Assembly: GCA_040390445.1 (NCBI GenBank)
Contig: JAZJYI010000008.1
Coordinates: 551,994-615,993 of the forward strand
DNA: 64,000 bases
Direction: 5' to 3'
Origin: Bacteroidota bacterium
Lineage (GTDB): Bacteria > Bacteroidota > Bacteroidia > Sphingobacteriales > Sphingobacteriaceae
The notes beneath the pieces were generated by a model, which saw nothing but the letters and a program-made list of their open reading frames with translations, was not told the DNA's origin and searched no databases. Position numbers and translations under genes: made by a program. Below are positions 36,417 to 45,979 of this stretch, one piece after another (the first letter of the stretch is position 1; each line of letters opens with the position of its first letter).

Positions 36417-37451
36417 ATGAGAAGACTGAAAACTTTAGTATTAGTTGCATTGGTAGCCTTGTTTACCAATTGCAGTAAAAAGAATGATACAGGCACAAAC
36501 GTAGTTGATAAACCGGCTAACATTGTTATAACGCCTACCGTAAGTACAGATAATAGCGGTACCGTAGTATTTGCAGTAACCGCAGAAAATGCAGTAACCT
36601 ACGAGTTTGATTTTGGTAACGGTATTTTCCAAAATACCACAACAGGTAGTTTAACGTATAAGTACCCGGTAGCGGGCACTTACACCGTAAACGTTACGGC
36701 CAAAAGTCAAAGCGGAAAAACAACCGTAAAATCAACGCAGGTAACAATTTCTGCAGCCGAAGCCCTTGTATGGTCTGATGAATTTAATACTGCCGGTGCG
36801 CCCGACCCGGGCAAATGGGGTTATGATCTTGGCAACAACAACGGCTGGGGTAATAACGAGCTGGAGTATTACACCAACCGTACAGATAACGCGGTAGTAA
36901 GTAACGGTACGTTAAAGATCAACCTGAAGAAAGAGGACTATAATGGTTTTGGTTATACCTCGGCCAGGCTTTTAACAAAAGGTAAATTCAACTTTAAATA
37001 CGGCCGCGTAGAGGTTAAAGCAAAGCTGCCTACAGGTGTGGGTACATGGCCTGCAATATGGGCGCTTGGCAGTAATGTTGATACTACACCATGGCCTGCC
37101 TGTGGCGAGATAGATATTATGGAGCATGTGGGTAAACAACAAAACACCATATTCTCTACCATGCACTATCCCGGCCACTATGGCGGCGGCGGTGTTGGCG
37201 GTACAACCCAAAACCCAACTGCTTCAACAGAGTTTCATGTTTACAGTATGGACTGGACACCGGCTACTATGAAGTTTGCTATTGATGGTGTAGTATATTA
37301 TACGTTCGCCAACAGTGCCGACCTGCCGTTTAACAACAACTTCTTCCTGATACTTAACGTAGCCATTGGCGGTAATTTTGGTGGCCCTGCGGTCGACCCT
37401 AATTTTACCAGCAGCTCGATGGAGGTAGATTACGTACGCGTTTATAAATAA
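36417..37451 (+). CDS. GH16 endo-beta-1,3-glucanase (laminarinase type) with a PKD domain; lipoprotein
   Basis: Motifs WSDEF, GWGNNELEYYT, WPAIW and the catalytic GEIDIME. Confidence 0.9.
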   Translation: MRRLKTLVLVALVALFTNCSKKNDTGTNVVDKPANIVITPTVSTDNSGTVVFAVTAENAVTYEFDFGNGIFQNTTTGSLTYKYPVAGTYTVNVTAKSQSGKTTVKSTQVTISAAEALVWSDEFNTAGAPDPGKWGYDLGNNNGWGNNELEYYTNRTDNAVVSNGTLKINLKKEDYNGFGYTSARLLTKGKFNFKYGRVEVKAKLPTGVGTWPAIWALGSNVDTTPWPACGEIDIMEHVGKQQNTIFSTMHYPGHYGGGGVGGTTQNPTASTEFHVYSMDWTPATMKFAIDGVVYYTFANSADLPFNNNFFLILNVAIGGNFGGPAVDPNFTSSSMEVDYVRVYK

Positions 37452-37463
37452 TCAAATTAAAAC

Positions 37464-37496
37464 AGATAAAAGCCATTAATGAAATGGCTTTTATCT
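37464..37496 (+). terminator. Intrinsic terminator-like hairpin
   Basis: AGATAAAAGCCAT pairs perfectly with ATGGCTTTTATCT. Confidence 0.65.
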
Positions 37497-37521
37497 TGTT
37501 AAACAATCCCTAATTATCATT

Positions 37522-38385
37522 ATGCTTTATAAAAAGTATATGTATGTGGCTGCCGTTGCAGCTGCAATAACAATAAGTACGTCCTGTTCATCTGTTAAAA
37601 AAAGTTCGGCTGCTGGTTATGCCAAAGGCGAGGTGGTTTTTTTTGACGATTTTACAGGTACTAAACTCGATCGGAGTAAATGGACCCCGGAGGTACCTGG
37701 CTTTAACGGGAATAACGAATTGCAAACCTATGTAGATTCATCATCCGTAATGTATCTTGAGGATGGGCTATTGGTGTTAAAACCCAAATACTCGCCCAAG
37801 TTTAAAAATGTAGAAGGCAGGGAATACGATTTTATTTCTGCACGGATAAACACCCGGGGTAAATTTGATTTTACTTACGGCACAGCCGAGGCACGGATAA
37901 AAGTTACAGCTGGCGAAGGTTTATGGCCGGCCTGGTGGATGCTGGGTAACGGCCTATGGCCAGATGCCGGTGAGATAGACATTATGGAGTACGTAGGCGA
38001 GCCCGACTGGATAAGCGCTGCGGTACACGGCCCCGGCTACAGTGGCGAAACGCCGTTTGTTAACCGTTTATATTTTGATAAGGAGCACGATGCTACCCAA
38101 TGGCACGTTTACGCTGTTGATTGGACACCCGAAAGCCTTGTTTTTAAGTACGATGGTGCGCCTATGTTTCGCGTAACCCGCAAAATGGCCGAACATTACG
38201 GTAAATGGATATTTGATAATAAGCAATACCTGATACTTAACTATGCCCTTGGCGGCGGTTATCCGGCTAAAATAAATGGCGTAAAGCAGCCTTATTATGG
38301 CCTGCCCGAAAGCTCTGCTAATATGGTAAAAAATGGCGAAGCCAAAATGTGGGTAGACTGGGTTAAGGTTACTAAAACCAGGTAA
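37522..38385 (+). CDS. GH16 beta-glucanase, second copy; lipoprotein
   Basis: Motifs FFDDF, GNNELQTY, WPAWWMLG and the catalytic GEIDIME. Confidence 0.9.
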   Translation: MLYKKYMYVAAVAAAITISTSCSSVKKSSAAGYAKGEVVFFDDFTGTKLDRSKWTPEVPGFNGNNELQTYVDSSSVMYLEDGLLVLKPKYSPKFKNVEGREYDFISARINTRGKFDFTYGTAEARIKVTAGEGLWPAWWMLGNGLWPDAGEIDIMEYVGEPDWISAAVHGPGYSGETPFVNRLYFDKEHDATQWHVYAVDWTPESLVFKYDGAPMFRVTRKMAEHYGKWIFDNKQYLILNYALGGGYPAKINGVKQPYYGLPESSANMVKNGEAKMWVDWVKVTKTR

Positions 38386-38411
38386 TATGAGCTGCTAATT
38401 TATTTATGACT

Positions 38412-38441
38412 AAGGCCTGTGATTTATTAATCGCAGGCCTT
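38412..38441 (+). terminator. Intrinsic terminator
   Basis: AAGGCCTGTGAT pairs with ATCGCAGGCCTT and is followed by GATCTTTTT. Confidence 0.7.
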
Positions 38442-38561
38442 GATCTTTTTAAAACTATTTGTAAAATGCCCCTGTATGTTAAAAAAGTATCGCTTTTAGC
38501 TAAATAAAGGTTGGTTTTGTATCATAAGTGCCAATACATTTGCGCCATAAAGCTATTAACC

Positions 38562-39857
38562 ATGAAATCGACTTCCCTAAAAGTAATTATGTGCGTATTT
38601 TTTTGCTTATCAATAATGCTTGATAAAGCTATTGCACAACCATTCGTAAAAACAGAAAACGGACAATTTAAAATAGGGAAGGACAGCTACTATTACATTG
38701 GCGCCAACTTTTGGTATGGCGCTATACTGGGTGCCAAAAAAAGCGACAGGCCCCGCTTAATAAAAGAGCTTGATCTGTTAAAAGCAAACGGCGTAAACAA
38801 CCTGAGGATATTGGTTGGTGCCGATGGCCCTGCCCGCCCAAGTAAGATACAACCATCGCTGCAAACTTCGGCGGGTGTGTATGATGACAGCCTTTTAGCC
38901 GGGCTCGATTTTTTACTGGCAGAGATGCAGCGCAGGGATATGAAAGCCATATTATACCTTACCAACTCGTGGGAGTGGTCTGGCGGGTATAGCCAATACC
39001 TGGAATGGGCTGGTAAAGGTAAGGCACCGGTACCGGCTGTTGATGGCTGGAATACTTTTCAAAACTACGTTGCGCAATTTGTACAGTGCGATAGCTGTAA
39101 ACAATTGTTTAAAAAGCATGTGAGCTACATTCTTAACAGGACTAACCGTTACACCAAAAAGAAATATATTAATGACCCGGCTATCATGACCTGGCAAATT
39201 GCCAACGAGCCGCGTGCGTTCTCGGCAGCGGGTAAGCCAGCTTTTGCTGCATGGATAAAAGAGACAGCGGCCTTTATAAAATCTATAGATAAAAACCATT
39301 TGGTAACAACAGGCAGCGAGGGGCAAAGCGGATCGGAAGATGATATTGCCCTATGGCAGGATATTCATTCAACCCCGGCCATAGATTACCTTACCATACA
39401 CATCTGGCCAAGCAACTGGGGTTGGCTTGATAGAGCCAATATGCCTGCTACATTTGATAAAGCTATTACCAATACCAAGGCTTATTTAGATAAACACACT
39501 GCTATTGCCAGGCAACTGAACAAGCCAATTGTAGTTGAAGAATTTGGCCTTCCGCGCGATGGTATGAAATTTAACCCTGAGTCGACCACAACCCTGCGCG
39601 ATACTTATTATAAAACCATTTTTGAACTGATAGCCCAAAGCGCCAAAGCCGGCGATATTTTTGCAGGATGCAACTTTTGGGCATGGGGCGGTACAGGCCG
39701 GGCAACAAAAGGCCACGTGTTTTGGCAGGAAGGTGATGCTTACCTTGGCGACCCGGCACAAGAGGAGCAGGGCCTTTACTCAGTTTTTGATACCGATACA
39801 ACAGTGAAGATGATAAAAGAGTACAACAAACAGTTGCAGCAAATACAGAAACGCTAA
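38562..39857 (+). CDS. GH5 endo-beta-1,4-mannanase-like enzyme
   Basis: Motifs GANFWY, LTNSWEWSGGYSQY, WQIANEPR (acid/base), TIHIWP and VVEEFG (nucleophile). It has its own TACATTTG box at 38535-38542, so the start was placed at 38562. Confidence 0.85.
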   Translation: MKSTSLKVIMCVFFCLSIMLDKAIAQPFVKTENGQFKIGKDSYYYIGANFWYGAILGAKKSDRPRLIKELDLLKANGVNNLRILVGADGPARPSKIQPSLQTSAGVYDDSLLAGLDFLLAEMQRRDMKAILYLTNSWEWSGGYSQYLEWAGKGKAPVPAVDGWNTFQNYVAQFVQCDSCKQLFKKHVSYILNRTNRYTKKKYINDPAIMTWQIANEPRAFSAAGKPAFAAWIKETAAFIKSIDKNHLVTTGSEGQSGSEDDIALWQDIHSTPAIDYLTIHIWPSNWGWLDRANMPATFDKAITNTKAYLDKHTAIARQLNKPIVVEEFGLPRDGMKFNPESTTTLRDTYYKTIFELIAQSAKAGDIFAGCNFWAWGGTGRATKGHVFWQEGDAYLGDPAQEEQGLYSVFDTDTTVKMIKEYNKQLQQIQKR

Positions 39858-39872
39858 ATATTTAAGCGTTTG

Positions 39873-40454
39873 TTATTGATGAAGTAACATAAACAGCACT
39901 ACAAATGATGCTGTATGTTTTAAGCATAGCCTTAAATGCTTTAAGGCTATGGTAATTTGATTTTCAACACTCCTTTTTGAGATGCCTAACTGCGCGGCAA
40001 TTTCATCATTACTCAGGTGATTAAACCTGCTTAACTGAAAAATTTCCTGGCAGCGTTTTGGTAACTGGTGCAGGTAGGTAAAAACCTCCTGTTCCAGTTC
40101 TTGCTCGTTTAACCTGTCATCTGCCAAATGCGCATCTGCAGTATCAGTGTAAATACTGTCATCAATATAAGTTACCGAAAGTTTTTTTGCGCGTATGCGG
40201 TTATAAGCCTGGTAGCGTACGGCGTTTAGCAGGTAATGTTCAAAACAGGTTATTTCGAGATCCTTCCGGCGGTCCCATAAATTCAGGAAAATATCATGGA
40301 CTACTTCTTCGCTGGTTTCGCGATTTTTGAGGTAACGGTTGCATGTATTATAAAGCCGTGCCCAATAACGCTCAAACAGCTCATTAAAAGCCGCTTCGTT
40401 ATCATGGCGTACAGCGTTCCACAACACGTCGTCACTTCTCAAATCTATAGTCAT
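39873..40454 (-). CDS. ECF sigma-70 factor of the Bacteroidota PUL type
   Basis: Motifs AFNELFERYW, EEVVHDIFLNLW, LPKRCQEIFQLSR and SKRSVENQITIALKHLR. Start placed at MTIDL (40454). Confidence 0.92.
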   Translation of the reverse strand: MTIDLRSDDVLWNAVRHDNEAAFNELFERYWARLYNTCNRYLKNRETSEEVVHDIFLNLWDRRKDLEITCFEHYLLNAVRYQAYNRIRAKKLSVTYIDDSIYTDTADAHLADDRLNEQELEQEVFTYLHQLPKRCQEIFQLSRFNHLSNDEIAAQLGISKRSVENQITIALKHLRLCLKHTASFVVLFMLLHQ

Positions 40455-40676
40455 AATTGGGTTTTTAAAATTATAAAAAGGTTTTTTATAATCCAAACCG
40501 TTATGTATCAGCAATAAATTAATTTTTAAAGGATTTTTTTTTATTAACAGTTCAATAACCTAAAGGTTAATAAAAGTAAAGTTTACTTGTCATTTAAACG
40601 TTCATAGTAAACAATTAATCTGTTGGTTAAATTGCAGTATATGATAAATGTTACAAATAAAATTAGCCGTAATAAG

Positions 40677-40892
40677 TTAACCACAGCAGGAAACGCCCTG
40701 TTGAATGGGTGGGCATTTAACGGTACCGTAACTGCAAAAAACGCAGCAATCGCCTGCTAACGGCTTTAAGCAAGTCTTACAGCTTTCACATTCGTAAAAA
40801 TACTGGCAGGCATCCGTTGGCATTTCTTCTTCCTTCTTGAAGCCGCAGTTCGGGCAGGTTATTACAGAATTAAACAGAATTGTTGCAGCCAT
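40677..40892 (-). CDS. GDCCVxC-family small Cys-rich protein
   Basis: Motifs ITCPNCG, MPTDACQYFYEC and GDCCVFCSYG; 12 Cys in 71 aa. Confidence 0.85.
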   Translation of the reverse strand: MAATILFNSVITCPNCGFKKEEEMPTDACQYFYECESCKTCLKPLAGDCCVFCSYGTVKCPPIQQGVSCCG

Positions 40893-41116
40893 TTTAGTTG
40901 TTTTAGGCGGGCAGTTTGATAGCCGGTTTCTTTGATCTTGTTGCTAATACTGCCAGGGTTAAAGATACTTATTTAAGCAATTGTTAAGTATAAATATTAC
41001 CATTGAACTGCTTGCTGGCTAATAACTCAACTCACCCGAAAAAAAAGTTTTAAAAAGTATGTGTGTTGGGTTAAGATTTCTACACTTAGCTATTACAACC
41101 AATTACAACAACCTTC

Positions 41117-42274
41117 ATGCTTACTAAAGAAGAGTTTGTATTACTTTACGAAAAATATGAAACCGGGCAATGTACACCGGCTGAAATTGAACTGCTAAAT
41201 AATTACCAGGACGAACTGTATTTGCTTGGTGATAATTGGGAGGATGCCGAAGAGGAAAAGCAAATTGTACATGACCGGATCTGGCAGCGCCTCAAACAAA
41301 GCAGGAATTTGCCAATAAAAAAATCTAAAAATTATACATGGCTAAAAGTAGCGGCAATATTGCTGGTTACTTTATCAATAGGTATTGGTTTTGTGAAATA
41401 CCAGCAAAACAATACACAGCAGGCATTTACTCAAATAACGCCCGCTAATAAGCAACCACAAATAATACCCGGCAGTAATAAAGCCTTTTTAACTACAGCC
41501 GATGGTAAAACCATTACGCTAACCGATGCTAAAAATGGCCAGTTAGCTACACAAGCGGGTATGCAGGTAAATAAAACTAAGGATGGTATGCTGGTGTACC
41601 AGGTTGCCGGTGCTAACAGCCCGCAAACCGACCCTGACGCGGTAAACATTATTACCACCCCACGCGGAGGGCAATACATGGTAATACTGGCCGATGGCAC
41701 AAAAGTTTGGTTAAACTCAGTATCATCATTACGTTACCCGGTTGCGTTTAACGGCAATACCCGTAGTGTGGAGTTAACAGGCGAAGGGTACTTTGAAGTA
41801 GCTAAAAACAAGCAAAAACCATTTATAGTAAAGGCAAATGGCAATAATGTTGAAGTGCTGGGCACCCATTTTGATATCAGCGCTTACAGCGATGATAAAG
41901 CCGTAACTACAACACTGCTTGAAGGATCGGTTAGGTTGACTAAAGGTACTGTAACCACCATGCTTAGCCCAGGGCAAAAAGGTGTTTCGGTAAATGGACG
42001 GGCCGATATTAATGTACAAGATGCGGACACCGAACAGGCTATTGCCTGGAAGAATGGTTTGTTCCTGTTTAAAAATACCGATATCCGCACCATCATGAAA
42101 CAGGCATCGCGCTGGTATGATGTAGATGTTGATTTCCTGGATAACCTGAAAGATAAGGAGTTTGGCGGCAAGCTGTCAAAATACAAAGATATATCTGAGC
42201 TAATGCATAACCTGGAACTTACAGGTACCATTCACTTTAAGGTAGAAGGAAGGAGGATAACCGTTATGCAATAA
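41117..42274 (+). CDS. fecR: FecR-family anti-sigma factor
   Basis: N-terminal helical domain, TM helix, then TPRGGQY..LADGTKVWLNS, GEGYFEV and VLGTHF. Confidence 0.92.
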   Translation: MLTKEEFVLLYEKYETGQCTPAEIELLNNYQDELYLLGDNWEDAEEEKQIVHDRIWQRLKQSRNLPIKKSKNYTWLKVAAILLVTLSIGIGFVKYQQNNTQQAFTQITPANKQPQIIPGSNKAFLTTADGKTITLTDAKNGQLATQAGMQVNKTKDGMLVYQVAGANSPQTDPDAVNIITTPRGGQYMVILADGTKVWLNSVSSLRYPVAFNGNTRSVELTGEGYFEVAKNKQKPFIVKANGNNVEVLGTHFDISAYSDDKAVTTTLLEGSVRLTKGTVTTMLSPGQKGVSVNGRADINVQDADTEQAIAWKNGLFLFKNTDIRTIMKQASRWYDVDVDFLDNLKDKEFGGKLSKYKDISELMHNLELTGTIHFKVEGRRITVMQ

Positions 42275-42300
42275 CCTCTACTTTGCAAATGGTTACCAAT

Positions 42301-42335
42301 AATCATCAGGAGCGTTTGCGGCGCCCCCGATGATT
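42301..42335 (+). other. Hairpin between fecR and susC
   Basis: AATCATC pairs with GATGATT, enclosing an inner GGAGCG/CGCCCC stem. Confidence 0.5.
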
Positions 42336-42412
42336 GTCAGCTTCTGAAAGCCGATGAGCCAGGTAACTAATTTAATTGTCTTCACCAACCAATTATTAAA
42401 CCTAACATTCAA

Positions 42413-45400
42413 ATGTATAAAATTTTTACTGCAATTAATTGCGGGGCGCGTTCCTGCATTTCACCTAAATTTCTGAAGATAATGAAATTGACCATTGTTT
42501 TGTGGGTAACTGCCTTATTACAGGTAAGTGCGGCAACTTATGCTCAGAAAGTGACCCTGAGTGTAAAGAATGCCCAGCTCGATGTCGTTTTAGATAAACT
42601 CGGCAAGCAAACTGGTTATAATTTTCTTTACAACTCAAACATGATGAAAGCGGGGAAACCTGTTAGTATCAGTGCACAAAACCAACAGCTTAATGAGGTG
42701 TTGGAGCAATGCTTTAAAGACCAGCCTTTTACTTATGTAATAAACGGTAACACGGTTGTTATTAAAGACAAGGATACACCCGTTACGGCAAATGCATCAG
42801 TTGTTGCTGCCCCTGTTGTTATAACAGGTTTGGTTACCGATTCGAAAGGCGAACCATTGCCCGGTGTAACCATACGTGTTAAAGGCACAACAAATGGCGT
42901 AGTAAGCGGCGCCGATGGGCGATATAATATTAAAGTAGACGATACCAACGCCATATTGGTTTATAGCTTTATAGGTTTTACCTCCAAAGAAATAACCGTT
43001 GGCAGCCAAACCCAAATAAACGTAGCGCTGAGCGAACAGGCATCAACCCTGGAGGATGTAGTGGTTATTGGTTACGGTTCCGTTAAAAAACGCGACCTCA
43101 CCGGTGCTGTAGGCCAGATTAAAGCTGTAGACCTGATGAAAGGCAACCCGATAAGCCTTTCGCAAGGGTTGCAGGGTAAACTGGCAGGTGTATCTGTTAA
43201 CCAGAATGATGGTGCCCCGGGTGCGGGTGTAAGCATCCAGATCCGTGGTGCAAACTCATATGGTACAAACACTCAACCATTATATGTGGTTGATGGGATC
43301 CCGTTTGATGCGGCATCTACACCAACAAATGATGCCACAAGCGGCAACAACCAAACATTTAACCCGCTTGCGCTGATCAACCCTTCGGATATCGAATCTA
43401 TCGATATCTTAAAAGATGCATCGGCAACCGCAATTTATGGTTCGCGTGGTGCTAATGGTGTAGTTTTGGTCACTACCAAAAAAGGTAAAGCAGGCGAAAC
43501 CAAGGTAGTATTCTCTACCAATACTTCGGTATCTATGCTGGGTAAAAAAGTACCGGTATTAGGCCCTTATGACTATGCAAACTATGTAAACGAAGGCTAT
43601 ACCAACGGCGTTAAGTATAACGATTATAGCTTTTACCAGTTGCCTTACCCGGGTCAATGGTCGTATCCGTTTGCAAATAACCAGTTTCAGTACAATCAGG
43701 GCGTTTATCAGCCATCACCTCAGGATTTCCTGAGCCCCGGCGTGCGTACAGATCAATATGGTAACAGTACCAACGTACAGGGGAGTAACTGGATGGATCT
43801 GATAACCCGTAAAGCCTTAACGCAGGATTATAACCTGAGTGTATCTGGTGGCAGCGAGCATGGTTTTTACTCCATATCAGGTAACTATACCAAACAGGAT
43901 GGTATCATCAAAAATAGCGATTTTGAACGCTACTCGTTACGTGCAAACGTTGGGCAAAAAATTGGCAACTGGTTAGAAGTTGGTTTAAACACCTCTTTTG
44001 GCCGCACCAGCTCAAATTTTGCTAAAACCAATTCGTTCGATTATGGTATCATCCGTTCGGCGCTGGTATTCCCAACCACTTATGCGCCAGAGACTGATAT
44101 CACCAAGATACAAAACCCTTTAAGCTGGCTATCGGCAAACCCGTACCTGTATGTAATGACAGCACAGGATAACCTGGCCGCCATCAGCTCGTTCAGCTCT
44201 GCCTATGCCGAGGTTAAATTTAACAGCTGGTTAAAATTCAGGCAAAACCTGGGTGTCAATTATTCGGCAAATAACCGTGGTACCTATTATAATAGCCTAA
44301 CAGGCGAAGGCCAGGCGCCAACCATTAACGGTAAAGCAGGGCAAAGTGATGATTGGTACTCCAACATTGTTACCGAGTCGTTATTAACGTTCGATAAAAA
44401 GATAGGCAGTATCCATAGCCTGAATGCTGTTGTTGGTTTTACGCATGAAAATGCCAATTATGGAAGCAAAGCCATGTCGGCTACAAACTTCCCTGATGAC
44501 CTTACCGGTTACTACGATATGGGCAAAGCCTTAACACCGGGCAAACTGGTAAGCGGCCGTGGCGCAAACGAATTGATGTCGGTACTGGCGCGTGTTAATT
44601 ATACCTTAAACGATAAATACCTGTTCACCGCATCGTTCCGTAGGGATGGATCAAGCAAATTTGCTACGGCAAATAAGTTTGCCAACTTCCTTTCAGGAGC
44701 ATTTGCATGGAGGGCATCCGAAGAGAAATTTATTAAAGACCTTGGCATCTTCAGCGACCTGAAATTTAGGGTGAGTGGAGGTAAAACAGGTAACCAGGCC
44801 ATTGCCCAATACGCAACTCTGCCGCAACTGGCAGCAGCTAACTATCCGGTTGGCGGCTCGTTACAAAGCGGTATGGCCGAATCTACCTATAACGGCCCTG
44901 CTAACCCTAACCTGAAATGGGAAACTACTACCCAATATGATTTTGGTGTAGATATGGGCTTTTTTGATAACCGGCTGAGCTTTACAGTTGATTATTACAC
45001 CAAAAAAACCACAGACCTGCTGCAAAGCATAAAAACCCCTTTAAGCACAGGTTTTCAGCAAATGACCATCAACCACGGCTGGGTTAAAAACGATGGTTTA
45101 GAGATCAGCGGTAAGTTTGCCGCGCTGGTACATGGCCCGTTAAAATGGAATATCGATGCTAATATATCCTTTAACCGTAACACCATTGGCGGCCTTGATA
45201 ACGACCAGTTTGCCAGCCGTTTATGGAACGCTGCCGATTACGTATTTATACAGCGCAACGGCATGCCTATAGGCGCTATATACGGTTATGTAGAGGATGG
45301 CTTTTATGATAACGAAGCCGAAGTACGCTCAAACCCGGTTTACGCCAATGCAAGCGCTGCTATCATCAAACAAAAAATAGGGGAGGTGAAATACCTTAAC

Positions 45401-45949
45401 CTTGATAATGATCCAAACATCACGGATGCCGACAGGACTATTATCGGTAATACCAATCCCGATTTTATTGCGGGTATCACCAACAGTTTCACCTATAAAA
45501 ACTTTAACCTGAGCTTCTTTTTACAAGGTGTGTTTGGTAACGATATTTTTAACGGTAACCTAACCGATGTTACCCTGAATTCGATTGGTAACATCCCAAC
45601 TTTTGCCTATGCAGGCCGCTGGACACCTGAAACCGCTGCAACCGCAACCTGGCCAAAAGTGAACAATGGTTACACCCGCGAGTGGCTCATATCAAACCGT
45701 TACATCGAGGATGGTTCTTACGTACGCCTAAAAAGCCTGACGTTTGGTTACGATTTTAACAAACCTTTTAAAGGGATACAAACCATAAGCTTATTTGCAT
45801 CGGGCACCAATTTAATTACGATCACCAAATACAACTGGTTCGACCCGGATGTAAACTCTTTTGGTGGCGATGCCTCAAGGCGTGGTGTTGATATACATGC
45901 GTATCCGTCAAGCCGTACATTCTCATTAGGCGCGCGAGTGTCATTTTAA
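42413..45949 (+). CDS. susC: SusC/RagA TonB-dependent transporter with an N-terminal STN signalling domain
   Basis: N-terminal extension (VTLSVKNA..LGKQTGYNFLY) and LKDASATAIYGSRGANGVVLVTTKKG. Confidence 0.95.
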   Translation: MYKIFTAINCGARSCISPKFLKIMKLTIVLWVTALLQVSAATYAQKVTLSVKNAQLDVVLDKLGKQTGYNFLYNSNMMKAGKPVSISAQNQQLNEVLEQCFKDQPFTYVINGNTVVIKDKDTPVTANASVVAAPVVITGLVTDSKGEPLPGVTIRVKGTTNGVVSGADGRYNIKVDDTNAILVYSFIGFTSKEITVGSQTQINVALSEQASTLEDVVVIGYGSVKKRDLTGAVGQIKAVDLMKGNPISLSQGLQGKLAGVSVNQNDGAPGAGVSIQIRGANSYGTNTQPLYVVDGIPFDAASTPTNDATSGNNQTFNPLALINPSDIESIDILKDASATAIYGSRGANGVVLVTTKKGKAGETKVVFSTNTSVSMLGKKVPVLGPYDYANYVNEGYTNGVKYNDYSFYQLPYPGQWSYPFANNQFQYNQGVYQPSPQDFLSPGVRTDQYGNSTNVQGSNWMDLITRKALTQDYNLSVSGGSEHGFYSISGNYTKQDGIIKNSDFERYSLRANVGQKIGNWLEVGLNTSFGRTSSNFAKTNSFDYGIIRSALVFPTTYAPETDITKIQNPLSWLSANPYLYVMTAQDNLAAISSFSSAYAEVKFNSWLKFRQNLGVNYSANNRGTYYNSLTGEGQAPTINGKAGQSDDWYSNIVTESLLTFDKKIGSIHSLNAVVGFTHENANYGSKAMSATNFPDDLTGYYDMGKALTPGKLVSGRGANELMSVLARVNYTLNDKYLFTASFRRDGSSKFATANKFANFLSGAFAWRASEEKFIKDLGIFSDLKFRVSGGKTGNQAIAQYATLPQLAAANYPVGGSLQSGMAESTYNGPANPNLKWETTTQYDFGVDMGFFDNRLSFTVDYYTKKTTDLLQSIKTPLSTGFQQMTINHGWVKNDGLEISGKFAALVHGPLKWNIDANISFNRNTIGGLDNDQFASRLWNAADYVFIQRNGMPIGAIYGYVEDGFYDNEAEVRSNPVYANASAAIIKQKIGEVKYLNLDNDPNITDADRTIIGNTNPDFIAGITNSFTYKNFNLSFFLQGVFGNDIFNGNLTDVTLNSIGNIPTFAYAGRWTPETAATATWPKVNNGYTREWLISNRYIEDGSYVRLKSLTFGYDFNKPFKGIQTISLFASGTNLITITKYNWFDPDVNSFGGDASRRGVDIHAYPSSRTFSLGARVSF

Positions 45950-45979
45950 TAAGTAATTCAAGAGATAAACTTTAAGTAT

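Noticed and set aside
40677-40892. Selenoprotein version of the GDCCVxC gene
   Set aside because: The motif is encoded GGC GAT TGC TGC GTT with no in-frame TGA, so it is the all-cysteine form.
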